64,000 nt of DNA from Vicugna vicugna (lineage: Eukaryota). The stretch covers positions 4,561,741-4,625,740 of the forward strand of contig MU058636.1 in the NCBI GenBank assembly GCA_013265495.1. Direction: 5' to 3'. A model generated the notes under the pieces. It searched no databases. It was given only the letters and a program-made list of their open reading frames with translations, and was not told where the DNA came from. Each line of letters starts with the position of its first letter. Within the stretch, counting starts at the first letter, position 1. Positions 13,933-27,500 of this stretch are shown in pieces. The position numbers and the translations under genes were made by a program.

Positions 13933-15479
13933 GGGTGGGTAGCCACCTGGGCTCCAGAGGTCATAGGGGAGTTGGAGGAGGAGAGAGTGGGAAGGTAGTA
14001 AGAGTCATGTCACTCCTGAACAGTGGAAAAGTGACAAAATGGCTCTGAAAGTGTGCACCAGGGTGGATTTTCCTGAGAAACTGGGAAGTTGTCCGATAAT
14101 TGAAAGAGCTGCTTAGAAGGCTCAATCCTGAGCCATCTGTATCTCCAAAATAATACTTTAGATACTGTTATTTAAGAATTTATGAAGTAAAATTGTTTGG
14201 GTTTAATTTTTTCATCTTTACTCAGCTTGGAATGTGTTTGTGTGACATTTTTCTTCTTGGAGTAAACATTATGTCTGAAAAGCTAGCATGTACCGCAGCA
14301 TTCTTTTAATTAGAGGTGGACATTTTTGTTCCTTTCAATGAGACAAATGTCCCCAAACAAGGAAAATGGGAAAGAATAAGTCTAAGTTCTCTTTATCAGC
14401 AAATCTTCATTGTGTGTCCAGGATGAGAAAGTTTACTAGATGCGGAGGGCCAAATAGATGGACGCTATGTTTTTAGCTGAAGAAATGTGTTCAATCAATT
14501 TTTAATATTGTTGCTTTTTATAAAAAGAGACTATTTATTCCCTTCGTATTTTTTGGCAGAGATGTCAGCTTCCTGCCATCCCCATTTCTTGTCTGCTGAA
14601 AAGTGCTTAGTAATTTTGCCCTTATATTTACTTATTTATGGGACAATAAATGTGAGTACATTCTGTGGCTTGTTACCTGATTCTAATACAAATGTGCCTT
14701 TGGCATTTTGTTCTATGGCCATAACAAGAGGTGTTTTTTTGATTTATGCATAGTACATTTAAAGTGAATTACAAATAAATGCCCTTACTATTTTCCTTGC
14801 TGAAGTTGGCTTTATAAATAAGACATTGAATCCTTTAAAAGCCTGAATTTATGTAGGCTTGTAGCATAGCACAAAATTGTATTCTGTTATCTCTGATATA
14901 ATTAAAACTTGTGTGGTCATGGCAAGGGGAATTTTTTTAAAACTTGGAAGAATAGATTTATTATTTATGGGGCTACTCAGGAATCTGTATTTTTCTGTTT
15001 TATTTTTAAAAGATTGACTACTTCAGAATTCCACATCAGTTAGGCTGTGTGGGATCAGCTATATACAATATTAAGGTTGTATTTATGAATTACCAATATC
15101 CAAAAAGCTAACTTAAATGGGGGGGGGAAGGACAGGAAATAAAAATGTTCTACCAAAATTAGATGTTTCTCTTATTAAACATCTTTCACTGCTTCAGCAG
15201 TACTGTTCTTTGTATTCAAAAGATGCCCAGGTCATATTTATTAATATTTATGGATATGTCAATAATTTTATTCTATTTTGGTTGCTTCCTGGGGTTATTT
15301 GACAGCGTTTTCTCTTGGCCAGTCTTCCCACTATTTCACCTTTCCCAAGCAAAGAGTGTTAAACAAGATAAGTTGAGTCATCTGTATCTTTTTTATATTT
15401 TTATTTCAAAACAAAAAAACTACAGAAAATAATGTAGTGGATGCTTTCCCTCTTGCCTCCTATTTCTTTCTTCTGGTTT

Positions 15480-16270
15480 AAATTTTCTTTTCCCCAAAGT
15501 ATATGTTTTTGTAGTTCTTTAAGTAACAGTCAGTGGCTGGTGAATCACTGTCTTGTTTAAGATGCCTGTATTTTCCCTCTAATTATCAGTGATAGTTCAG
15601 CTGGGAATAAAATTCTAGTTTGACATTTATTCCCCCTAGAATTTTGACAGCATATTTCACTATGTTGTCTCCAGCATTGCTATTGAAGAGTCTGTGGTTG
15701 ATTTGTTATTTGTCTATGGATTACTTACTTTCTTCTTGGTTTGTGTGTATGGTTTTTTGCTTTGTCTATAGTGTTCTGCAGTTTCACTATGTTGTGTGTT
15801 TAATGTGGATTTATTTTTATTTTCTTGTTTGAGACCCTACTGCTTCTGGAGTTGAGGGTTTATGTCTTTCATCAGTTTGGGAGAATTCTAAGCCAAATTA
15901 TTTGAGTATTGCCATCTCTCCGCTTTTCTTCTTCCCTTCTTCTGGCATTCCTATCAGATGTACAGTAGGCCTTCTCATGCAGTATTGCGTATCTTTTTAC
16001 CCTTCTTTTATTATTTCTACTTTGTCTGTCACTACTGCACTCTGAGTAGTCTTCTCAGTTCTATCTTCAGTTCATTAATACTCTCTTGGGCTATGTCTCC
16101 TCTGCTGTTTAACACGCCCAGTGAGAATTACAGTTTTGGTGGCTTAATTTTTTATTTTTAGAAGTACTATTTTAAAATCTGTTTAGGTGGGGGTTTTGTT
16201 AAGATGTATTTTGTTCCTCTCTTAGGTTTACAACTTCTATTTTATGTCTTTGATCACGTTAAACATACAG
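15480..16270 (-). mobile_element. Old L1M internal fragment
   Basis: T-rich antisense L1 signature: gatagttcagctgggaataaaattctag, cagtttcactatg, tctttcatcagtttgggagaattc.agcca, tcttcagttcattaat..ctct. Confidence 0.65.
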
Positions 16271-19200
16271 TTTTTGCATGTCCTCTTGTAGGTTAGCCCC
16301 AGAGTCTTCACTGTCTGGGGCCAAATGTTACATTAATTTCTTGGTTTGGGAATTTCTGCAGCTAGAAGGCTGATGTGAATGTAAACTCCAAACTCACAGA
16401 AGACTTAAGACTGTGGTTTCAAATTCCTGGGGAGAATTTTGCTGTTGTTTTTGTTTTTACGTAGAACCCAGGTAGGGACCATTGGAATATCTTTTCACCT
16501 TCCTGTGCATGTGCATAGATTTGTCCCTAGTCCATTGTTTCATTGTTTAGGTCCAGACTTTATGTAGGTGTCTTATTTCCAGTGTTCCACCTGTCAGTGC
16601 TCACAGCTTTGTTTCCTGTCCCCCAGTGGACAACAGAAAAGCCTCCAGAATGATGAGACCAGTAGTTCTCCCCCTATGCAGCGACTACGTGACCTCCTAT
16701 ATTCCTGCTTTTCATTTCCACTTTCCTTCCTTATGAACTCGTTTCTACCTTTTTAAAAATTCGTATACTCCACTCAATATTTCTAAGAGTTTAAAATAAA
16801 GCATGTGAAATTTTGAGTTATCTTAGTCCATTATCCTGCCCAAGCCCTCTGCAGAAGTCTTGGTTTGCTTTTCATGCAGATAAGGGCAGGGTGGGTCTTG
16901 GCACAGATGTTTGTGTGCAAGCAGAAGTTCCCATGGCAAGGTGGAGTGTCCCCGAGATGAACACGAGGAAGAGTGAGGAGACCCACCAATTCTTCCTTTT
17001 CTCATCTTGCCTGAGGAATCTTCCCTAAATACAGCCCTGTCCCTTTCACTCTTATTCCAACCCTTCATTTTACAGCCTTGCACTCCTTGATTTGACTACA
17101 ACCTCTCTTCCTTCCTCTGTGCATCTTTATGAACCTGTTTCATTTCAGCACTCGCCTGCCACCTGGTATATAGGCACACTGTCCCCTCCTCCTGGAATGC
17201 CCCTCATCTCTTCATCCTGCCTATCTTCCAAGGCCCAACTCAAGTACCTCCTCATCTGAAGAGGTTCACTTGATTTCTTCCCTGCTGACTCCACATAATT
17301 ATGCAGAGGTGGCTATATACACCTGTAAATCTCTATTGGAACCGCCATATCATTCTCTCAAACAAACTGTCTTCATTAAATAAGAGCATTAGAATAGGAT
17401 AGAAAATATCAGAGTACATTATAGGTTTTAAGGGTAGATGTTGTTTTATGAAATTTTCAGTTGTGCCAGACTTTGGTATAAAATGTGTATTTTTATGGTG
17501 GATAGGGGTGGGAGATACAGATTTCTTTTTTAAGTTAAAGAAACACTTTACTAGTCAGTAAGTTCCTTACAGACATTAACTGTGTTTTGTTCATCTGCAC
17601 ACACACACCCCATGTCCACATGTCTGGAAAGTCTCCTTTATGCACAGTAGACAGTGTTTTTTTGACTGAATGAATGAGTATAAAGTGAATGAATGGATAG
17701 ATGGATGAATGGATGAAAAAATACTAATATAATAGCTTAAAAGGAATGTAGGATCCTGTGTGTTTCTGAGGGTCATCTTGCCAACCTCTAAACTGATAAT
17801 AATGGATTTTGTTCTGTCCTTTGTACCTCTCAGCAGATGAATGCCCTCCAATCTGCTGAGTACATGGGACGTTAATTCTCCCCCTTCTCCTTGGGGCATC
17901 TAAGGATACCGCGTTATTCGTTGATGTGGTCACCTGTTCCCACTTCACCCAAGCAGGATGTGAAGAGAAGAGTCAGGCTGACTCTTAGGGGTCAGACACA
18001 GTTGCAGAATATACACTTCCATCATCTGTGAGTGTCTCCATTTATATAGCATCTGTCACTGTAGTCACAGGCAATTACCTTCTCAATAAACTCCTGTCCA
18101 AAAAACAAGACTCTCCAGCTTTTCAAAATTCAAGAGCTCCCACAATCTTGACTTTGTAGATTTAACAGACAAAAAGAGATAAAGCTAAAGACAAAACAAC
18201 TTTTCTTCCCAGCTGATCTGGATTTGAATTTGGATTCCACCCCTTTAGAGTTGTGGGGCCTTGGGCCAGCCAGTCAACCTCCCCGTTTTCTCATTTGCAA
18301 GAGCCTGGCTCGTGGAGTGAGGGAGAGGATTAGAAACCTGGAAAAAGGAAAAGATCTGCATGACTTCAAAGGAAGACCACGCACTTTTCATCTTGTCCTT
18401 CAGCAGGGCCTATGACTGAGCAGGAGAGCAGAGCTCGCCTGCCTGTAACATCCTGGCGTTTAGATTTTCTGTTGGGGTTGCTTGAGCCTTGATAGCCCCT
18501 GCTCACAAAATAGCAGACGAGGTACAGGCAGGAGCTTTCACATATTAGCCCTGTGTTAAGGTTGGAGCGTCCGTGAGGGGAGACTTACTTACAAAGATGC
18601 TAACTGGTTGGTACTGGGATGGAGACTTAACAATCACATAACATGATCTTGTTGGTTTGCTAACATGAGAGACACAATTCAAGGAGTTTGGGTTTTAATA
18701 TAAGACTAAAAGTGAACTGGAAGTAACACAAAATATTTCCTTGGTGTGCAAGTCATCAAGAATCCAGGGTGCCAGCCTATGTGGCAGCACCCACCGCAAA
18801 CCTGTAGTGAAGTGTGTCACACCTTGAGACCAAGCCTGTAGGAACAGCAGTCAAGGCCAGCTGGCGCAAACACAGGAAGGCTGAGCAGTTAGCTCATGAC
18901 AGCGTCACCGCGCGCTAACGTGGTCCTAGGTTCAGGCAGTGCGCCTGCTGACACTCCATTGTTCTTGGCCCAAGTCTCAGGCTTCCAGCTGATGCCTCAG
19001 GGCTGGCATCAGGACAACTCCCTGGTTAACCCCGAAGTTGAGCGGGACACTGTGCTGAAATAATGACACAAGTGACCCGCCACCAAGAAACTCTGTGTGA
19101 TGAGTGGCTCTAGTAGCTTTAATGAATTTTATGATGGCACTAAGTAAGCAAAACCATTGGCAAGTGAAAAACACACACTCACACACTCAGCTTCCTCTTA

Positions 19201-20929
19201 TGATTTTAGACCAGATCTGATGAGAGGTCATAGACTAAGGTTGGGCTACAGTCTATTTGTAGTTGTAAAAAGAGCTTTTTTTTTTTTTTTGCCTCTGGCC
19301 CATATGAAGATTGAACCTTCTTCCGTGAGTTGTCTGCTGATGTCAAGATGCCAGGAAATATCAGATCCTTTGACCAGGAACCTTTTAATATTTAAGGAAT
19401 TTGTGAATTAGGAAATCCTGCTGCACTAATCGAAGGACAGAACAACTGCCTTTAATTAAGTTTGGATCTTTATATGGCAGATTTTCATGAAACCCATTAT
19501 GATTAGCCATGCTTTTAACCTGATAGTCATTCAGCAACCTCAGTGGTGATACTGCATCATGCCCCGATCTGCAAGTTGGTGCTTCTTCTGCACTGTTGTC
19601 TAAGCTAGTCTTCCTCTACCAACCAAATGTTAAGTCTGTCATCTAAGGATGTGTAAACAGCAGAAATGGCATCGTTAATATCTCTCCGCACTGTGGATTC
19701 AAGTCACTTCCTAGAAGGACAACCAGCTAGTGTTTTTAGCCAAACTCCTCTTTAAATAGAGGCTCCTCTTGCTTCAAGGGAACTAATAAGGGAAATCTAA
19801 AGAGAATAAAAATGACTTCTAGATTTAGTTCTCTGTTGAGGATAGTGATAGAATCTGAGTAATGCCGTCCTGAAAGGAGACTCAGACACTTGAGCTCAGA
19901 TGAGGAATATTTATACTACACTTGATGAAGTACTGGCTTGTTTTCTAAATTACAAATTTTTCAGAAAAACTTTTAAAATAGCTATTTCGTAGCAAAGCAG
20001 CCCCACCTAGTACCCCTTACTTTATCTAGTAAGACTCTCACCAGAAATCTAAAAGCTCACCCTAACCCAGAGACAAAATCGTGTTAGTAGCTAAAACCAG
20101 AGATAATTGTTGAAAGGCTGCTGAAAAAGGCGGTCTTTCCAGTGAACTCACAAACTCACTTTTTCCTGTATACTGTTCAACTTGGAGTTTGTTTTCCTTA
20201 TCATGAATATTCTTGGATTCATATAGATGAAAAGCAGTTATTTTGTGGCTGTTAAATGGGGTTTTTTTCCAACCATGAAATGAAGTTGAAGGCACCGTGG
20301 TAGTAGAAGTTCGATTGAACCTTATAGCAAATAAACCATGTGAAAAGTATCATGAAGGTAAAAAAACAAACAAACAAACAACAAAAACCAAAGGGCTTTT
20401 TACTTCAGCTTAATAGTATCCAACTCAATTTATCCATGAGTGAGACCATAATTTTTACGCCAGCAACTGGGAGAAGATTACCAAAGTTTCTTTTTGAGAA
20501 TACAAAACAGGGGAGGTTATTCCTCAAATCATTTTCAGTCTAGTTTTTTTTTTTCTGATTATCTGCTTTTTAATATTTATAGAGGCATCATTTTTAACAG
20601 AAAAGATCATTTGAAAATACATCATCATTTTTACAGTGACAGAAAATGCCAATAAAAGTAGGTTTGGTAATGTGACATAGTAACAAGAACCAAGGCCCAG
20701 CCCTCAGCATTTTACCTTGTGACATTCCTGCAAGTCATTAATGCGACTCTAGGCAGCAGCAGTCTTGACTGTAGCACTGGAGTCATTTTGACTGGCTGAA
20801 ATTCCACAGGTCGTGCTCATGTCCCCCTGGGTGGATGTCCCACTCCACCACCTGTGGCCTCAGTCAACTATTGAGCTATGTATAGATTAATTCCCATTTC
20901 CTAGACTCTTGTATCAGTGAAAGCCACAC

Positions 20930-21092
20930 AACAGGTACTCTTTTGGGTCTAGTTTGTTTCACTCAGCATAATATATTCGGGGTGTACACATTTTTATTAT
21001 TAGTAATTCATTCATCTTTATGGCAGAATAGAATTCCATTTAATGTATATACCACAGTGTGCTTATTTAGTCACTTTTGGATGGCCTTTGGG
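20930..21092 (-). mobile_element. L1M 3' fragment
   Basis: tttcactcagcataat...ttccatt..tgtatataccacag...gatgg.ctttggg. Confidence 0.6.
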
Positions 21093-23809
21093 TCAAAAAA
21101 CAGTGTTTGAGTACAGTTTTAACCAGCAGAAGTCTTGGTTTCCAGAGATCGTGCCAGCAAAATACAATGTAATCCAAAAACAGATGAGTGAAGGTGGCAC
21201 CTTACGTTTCTTGGTAGCTGCTATAGTTTAAAAAAAAAAAAAAGTCTGTGGGAGCTGTTCTTTTGTTCAATTAAAATGAAGATTAACCTTGTAGCCGAAT
21301 TTAATTGAAGTACCCCTCCACTATTCAAATAATGGGTTTGTATTTGGCCGGGAAACTGGCTTCTCTGAAATGTGCAAAGCCAGCTGTATATAAGACAGAT
21401 TCTCTCAAGAGTTTTTAGGGTTTTTTTAAAAAGTGCCCAAATAATCTTCAAATTTTTTTCTTCCAGATTTGAAACTATTCATTTCATATCACAGGGCACT
21501 TATGCAGCATCTTACTTGCTAGTAACTTGAACCAATTTGAGAAACTTTTCTATCATTCTCTTGCTCTTGGGATTTTTTTCCCGCAATGTTTTGGGTGAGA
21601 ATCAGTATATATTGCCTTGTTTAAAGCATTCAAAGTAACTGAGTAGAATAAAAGGGAAACAGTTCCATCTGTTTGTATAAGCCCCCCTCCTCTGCAGATC
21701 TCCAGTGGTTTTAAGTAGTGTTCTTGCGTTCTTACTAGAAACCTAGTCAGGACGTTATGAAGTCATGTCCATTTTTATCTGTGGACAGACTGAGGCACAG
21801 TGATCCCTGCAGGCTGTCAAAATGACCGCAGTATGTCTTCAAGATGATTCAGGGTTCCTGACGGCCGCTCATGCAGGGAAAGACTTTTGGGGAGGAGTGG
21901 TCGGTATTCAGAACTGTGACTTCTCAGGCTCAATCCTTAACATCTCTTTCCAAAGTTGAGTCAAAGTTGGCACAAATAAGATCTAAAGAAAAATGTCAGA
22001 CATGAAGATATTTTGAACCGTGTTTTTCTTTGGTTCAGCCTAAGGAGGGTGCCAGCCGCTGTGCTCTGGTAGCTCTGAATGAAGTGCCACCGTGGGCATT
22101 TCAACAGGCGAGCCTGTACTCTGCTCTGCAGCGGGCAGCTCACTCTTGTCCCTGCTGTGTTCTGGCGAGGAGCAGAGACACCAGTTGCGGAAGTTCAGTT
22201 CTGAAAAGTTTTTGTTAATTACTATAATACATTTGTCTTATAAAATTTCACTGCTAATGATATCAGAATCCTGAGTCAGTGATGCATAACATGTTCCTAT
22301 AATCAAAAACACTGTAGTTTCAAGACTTGAGAAGTTTGGTGGTTTTTTTTTCAAGGTTGGTTGTTTATTTTGTAGCATCCTACCATTAACTTAAAAGGTT
22401 TCCTCTAAATTACATATTAAGAAAGAAAGTCATTGTAATAATGTGAGATTTGTTTTAAGAAAGAGGGACAATTATTCTTTATGTTTTTTCCCCTTACTTT
22501 CTGTAATACAGCTTTCTAGTTACACTTGGAAGTTTCCAGGAAGCTAAAATTAAAGCTTGCTTTAACATTAGTGGGAGCGTGTGTTGCCCCAGAAAGAGAT
22601 AGAATTAAGTTTCAGCTCCTGAGCATTATGAAGGAGGTTACACATTTTAATCCTACCTAACTTGAATAATAATGTTATGAAAAGGAATTTAAATAGTAGT
22701 AATGATTTATCAATGATTGGGTAATCGGTGTCATTCATCTTCCAGTTCTATGAGGGAGGTTGGCATTATATATCCTTATGTCACCTGAAAGTGAACTGAA
22801 GCTTAGAGAGGTTAAGTAGGATCCAATGAGGGACGTAGGAGTCAAAGTCACATCTCTCAGATCCCACAGCTGAACTACTGTGTCCAACTATTATCTAATA
22901 ATTAAAAGACATTAAAATAGCACCTCCATCAGCAAGGTTGGTGACATATTTAACAAATCGGATAAGCTCACGTTAACTCTAGTGACATTGCTGGGTGCCG
23001 CATTTATTGAAATCTCTCTGAGGGCAGTAATCATTGGGATCATTTGAGATTAGTGAAGTCCAGTCTATGGGGAGCGCACTGGGGATATTTTTAGGCCACT
23101 AAAAACTCAGAAGTAGAAAGTGATTTATTAAATGAGCCCCTTGTATCCCACAAATAAAACACCTTTTGATACACAGGACTCTCCCTGGACCTGCCTAACT
23201 GCCGAGTCCTGTCGTGTATGGCCGTCTCTACTCTTACAGATGACAGAGAGGCCCAGTGAGAAGAGATTATGAAGTGAAAATGCAGCTGGTATGCGCTGAA
23301 ATTGTTTGGAAATTGAGGTCGACGTCAGTGGCCTTTTTCTGGGCACAAAGAGCTTTTAGAGTTTGTATTTTCCTAAGGGAGGGAGGGAGAGTTTGGAACG
23401 TCCCAAGGTGTGAGAAGCACAAACAGGGACCTTTCTCTTTTCCTGTGGAAACACTTGAAACCCCTGCAGGTTTCTTCCCGACAGGAGAAAATCCCTGTTG
23501 AATGGGCTGGGACAGCAGTGCTCTTTGATTCAGGGGAAGCAAATGCGAAGAACAGCCCACAGTGTGGGCTGAGAAGATCAGCTTGCTTCCCACACCGCAG
23601 GCGGGGTGTTAGCCACCCAGATCCTGCCTGCAAATAGGGGGAGACGGAGGGTGGGCTCCTTCTGCAACTCCATTCGGCCAAGATCAAGTTGGATCAGTGC
23701 TCTTGAAATCAGTTTTAAGTGACTTACTCCATCCTGAAAAGTGAGACATGATAAAAACAAATGTTTTTAATGAGAGAAGTGATATATCATGTTCTCAGAC
23801 TGTTTTTAG

Positions 23810-24860
23810 TTTTTGTTTGTTTTTATGGAGAATTTCAAACATATACTAAAGTAGGAAGACTGGGTAATGAACACTTTCATCATGTTCAGCAGTTATCAAC
23901 TCATGGCCAATTTGTTACAAACGCCCTCTCCCCAATATTATTGGAAACAAGTGCTAGAAACCGTATCATCTCATCTCTAAATGTTTCAGTATGTATCTCT
24001 AAAAGATGAAGATTCTTTTTTTTTTAATTTAAAAAAATTTAAAATTTTTTGGTTGTATAGTCAGTTTGCAATGTTGTATCAATTTCTGGTGTACAGCATA
24101 ATGTTTTAGTGATACATATACATATGTATATTCTTCTTCATATCTTTTTCATTATAGGTTACTACAAGATATTGAATAGAGTTCCCTGTGCTGTACAGTA
24201 TGAACATAGTGTTTATCTATTTTATATACAGTAGTTAGTATCTACAAATCTCAAACTCCCAATTTATCCCTTCCCTCCCGGTAACCACAGTTTTGTTTTC
24301 TATGTCTTTGAGTCTGTTTCTATTCTGTAAATAAGTTCATTTGTGTCTTTTTTAAACAAGACCATTCCCACACCTAAGATAACAAAATAGTCCTATAACG
24401 TCATCTAATGTCTAATAAGTATTCAAATCACCAATGGTCTCATGAATGTCAAACTTTCTCTAAACAGATTATGTGAATCGGGATTCAGGTAAGATCCACA
24501 AGGTGCAATAGCCTTAAAAAAAATCAGTAGGCTCCACCTCAACTTCTCTTTTTTTTTCCTCCTTGGAGCTTATTTACTGAAGGAACATCTTTCTTTTCAG
24601 TTTTCTTCAGTCTGGGTCTTACTGGTTGCATTCCTGTGGCTTCGGTGTAACATATTCCTCTTACTCCTGCCTCATTCCTGTATATCCTGAAAATTGGAAA
24701 TGACATCTTAAGGCTTGGCTAGATTCAGGTTTTGTTTGTTTGTTTGTTTTTGTCAAGACTGTTTCATACTGTTTTCTTCCACCGGGACTGAACGTCTATT
24801 TTGTTCTCTTTGTGCTATTAGCAACCTCTGGTATTCAGTGCCAAGTCTCCTGATGTTTTT
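23810..24860 (-). mobile_element. Old L1MC/ME-like relic hosting a younger L1 fragment
   Basis: ttttatggagaatttcaaacatatac...ttcagtatgtatctctaaaagat; resumes after 24355. Confidence 0.6.
24015..24353 (-). mobile_element. Cetartiodactyl-type L1 3'UTR fragment
   Basis: polyT then tatagtcagtttgcaatgttgt..tttctggtgtacagcat...ttcattataggttactacaagatattgaata..gttccctgtgct...gagtctgtttct..tgtaaataagttcatttgtgtc. Confidence 0.88.
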
Positions 24861-27446
24861 GGTTTGCCCATCTCTTCTGTTCACTGTCACCTGGTGAGCT
24901 GGAGCTTCTGGTCGAGTCACAGGTGAAGGTCTCCCAGCTTTGGACCACTAAGAATTTTCAGGGATCCATCACCCCAAAATTTTGTTTTTTAAAAATAATT
25001 CTTGAAAAACAAATATAACATTCAATTTGATTAAAGAACCTTTAGTAAGTAAGTAAATTTGTACTAAAATGTAGAACAAAGACATTTAAAGTATACACAG
25101 CACACTGTTCTTATTGGACAAATGAGGCCATTATTTTCAGGCTCCTCCATCACAGACTGTTTCTACTTGTTCTTTAAGTACCCATTGTTTATTCTGTGTC
25201 CATTTCATTTCACTGCTCATTTAATGCTCTTTGAGAACCATGATGTCTTGAATGCACAGACCTTGGATTCTTGCAGACCTTAGATTCTGTGCGCCAGTCT
25301 TTCCAGGAGAACCTCAAGCAGAACCACGCCTCTACAGTTCTTTTCTCAGGTGGGCACGAGCCTTGTTGGTCTTTGCCCTACGCTCAGGTGGCTCTTCTGA
25401 GCTCCAGCAAGTTTGTCTCTCCTCTTCCATTCTCCCTCCCTCCCACACGTCCTTCCTTCCTTTTCTCTTTACTTTTTAGCCAGTATGATAACTCTCTTCC
25501 TCAGGTCTACTCTTTAGCCTCCTGACACTGATGAAATCTATGTGGATGCAAAGATAATCTTGGGAATGTTAAAATGTGAACTTAATTCTCTGTGCCCAAA
25601 GCTGTTTTTCCAAATGCAGAGAGATATATTCAATTAGTAAACCCTGAAAATAAGTTTCAATTCTGTACTAGGAGTGTGGGGAGACAGACCAGTTACAACA
25701 CAGTGGAAATGCTGACAAGAATAGATGCAAACAAAGTGCCATGTGACAACAGACAGATGACTCTGCCTGGGAAAAGTGGGGACTGGCTTAATCTTGGAAG
25801 TGACAGTGAAACTAAGCCTTCAAAGAATATGATTAAGACAGCATATTTGTGTAAAAATAGTTCAGGAGAACTTACTGTAAAGTTATGTTGTTTTGTCAAG
25901 GCAGGGACCTCAAGTAATTGGCTGATGGATTTGACTTTTGAGTACAGCAACAACTTACTGTATCAACTTCGCCTGCTTGAGAAAGTGAGACTTGCAGTAG
26001 GTTATTTTCTTCATATGCATGCAAATGTGTGTAAGCATAAAATACCACAATTATCAGCATTCCCACCCAATTAGTAGTGGGAAAAAATGACTTTTAGGCA
26101 TGGGTTGTTCCAGGACGTGGGTGGACACAGTCATCTTGCTTCCCCCACTGTGACAGGATCCCATCTTTTAGGATGAAAGAAGGATTGCTGGCTCCCAAGG
26201 TCTGAACTGCTGAGTGTTTGCCCGGGTGTACAGATCAGCACCAGTATCAGCCAGTATCTTCAGACTGAATACATTACAGTCTCCCGTATAGATTATCCTT
26301 GTTTTCCTAATGTATATAAAACAAGTATTGTTGCTATTATAGTACAAAGCCATTTAAAAGTATCGTTGAAGTCATAGTATTAGCTATGTTGTAATGTACG
26401 GTTTTAAATGACAGACACTTAAGAACTCGTTGTTCTCTTTATCTTAGATGAATTTGCATTTTGAAGCTGTGTATTTGCAAATGAGACAGAGCAGTTAATT
26501 GATATGGTTCTTGGTAAAGCTTCAGATGCCCAGACTAAGCCCGTCTCTTGAAGAATAAAGACTCTGTGAGGTGGGGGTGGGGCTCACATCAGGTTTGCAG
26601 TATCTTTTCCTTGGAGGAGAAGATTGGAGAAGTGAGGCGGGGAGAGGATCTACGTGATCAACAAAGTGTAAATGGAATCTTTCTAGGACATCTACATTGG
26701 CTAAAGTAAAACATTATTTTTTTGATACATAACTTTTGCATGGTTTTTAATCCTAAATCAAATTTGGGCCAGTATTAACTTCCATACCAAAAAGAAAAAG
26801 ATACAGGTAAGGATAAATAGCTATAAAATGCCTTCCTGAAGGGTCAGTTAAGGCTTCCTAATGGAAACAAAGACATAACAATTAGGAAAATTTATCTCTC
26901 TATACCTTTGTCACTACCTACATTAGTTTTGCAGATTTGGATGTGTTGAAAGTCAAAATAACATGCTCAAAATTCACCAGTTACACCTAGTAAGTATATG
27001 ATTGGTAGGTGGTCCCTCAATGCCAGTCTAATAATTAGGCCTTACTTTGTTTCTAAATCTAGGGACTTGGAATAGTGTATTGCTTTCAACTTTTTATTAT
27101 CTGTCAAGTGGCAACATAGGTACTAAAATTTTTCAAACCAATTCCCTAGTTTTTATTATGTGGTTTCCATTGAAAACACGGGACCACTTACAGCAAAAGA
27201 TTTTTAATGTCTTAGTCAAAGAGATATATGTTAGGATGAATAGCAAGACTCTTGGTGATAATGATCAAACACTATACTTTAAGGTTTGGATAATGAGAAA
27301 GAGTTTCTCACTCTTTTGAAAGCTGGCATCTCTTCTTCCTATAAAGGCAGAAACAGCTGCCAAAAATTGAAACAATAATGGGATTTCTTTTGTAATATTT
27401 AAGAGCCTCTAGTAATTTTTCTGGTATATATTCTTTTTCTTTCTAG

Positions 27447-27500
27447 GAAAAGCCATTGACAAAATCTCTGCAACGTGGTGAAGACCCTCAGTTTGATCAA
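27447..27500 (+). CDS. FRY: FRY exon 3 (54 nt, phase 0-0)
   Basis: tttttctttctag|GAA...GATCAA|gtacgt; EKPLTKSLQRGEDPQFDQ. Confidence 0.96.

Noticed and set aside
25592..26074. 160-aa ORF in intron 2
   Set aside because: Starts at GTG, no recognisable homology, and not needed since exons 2 and 3 join in frame.
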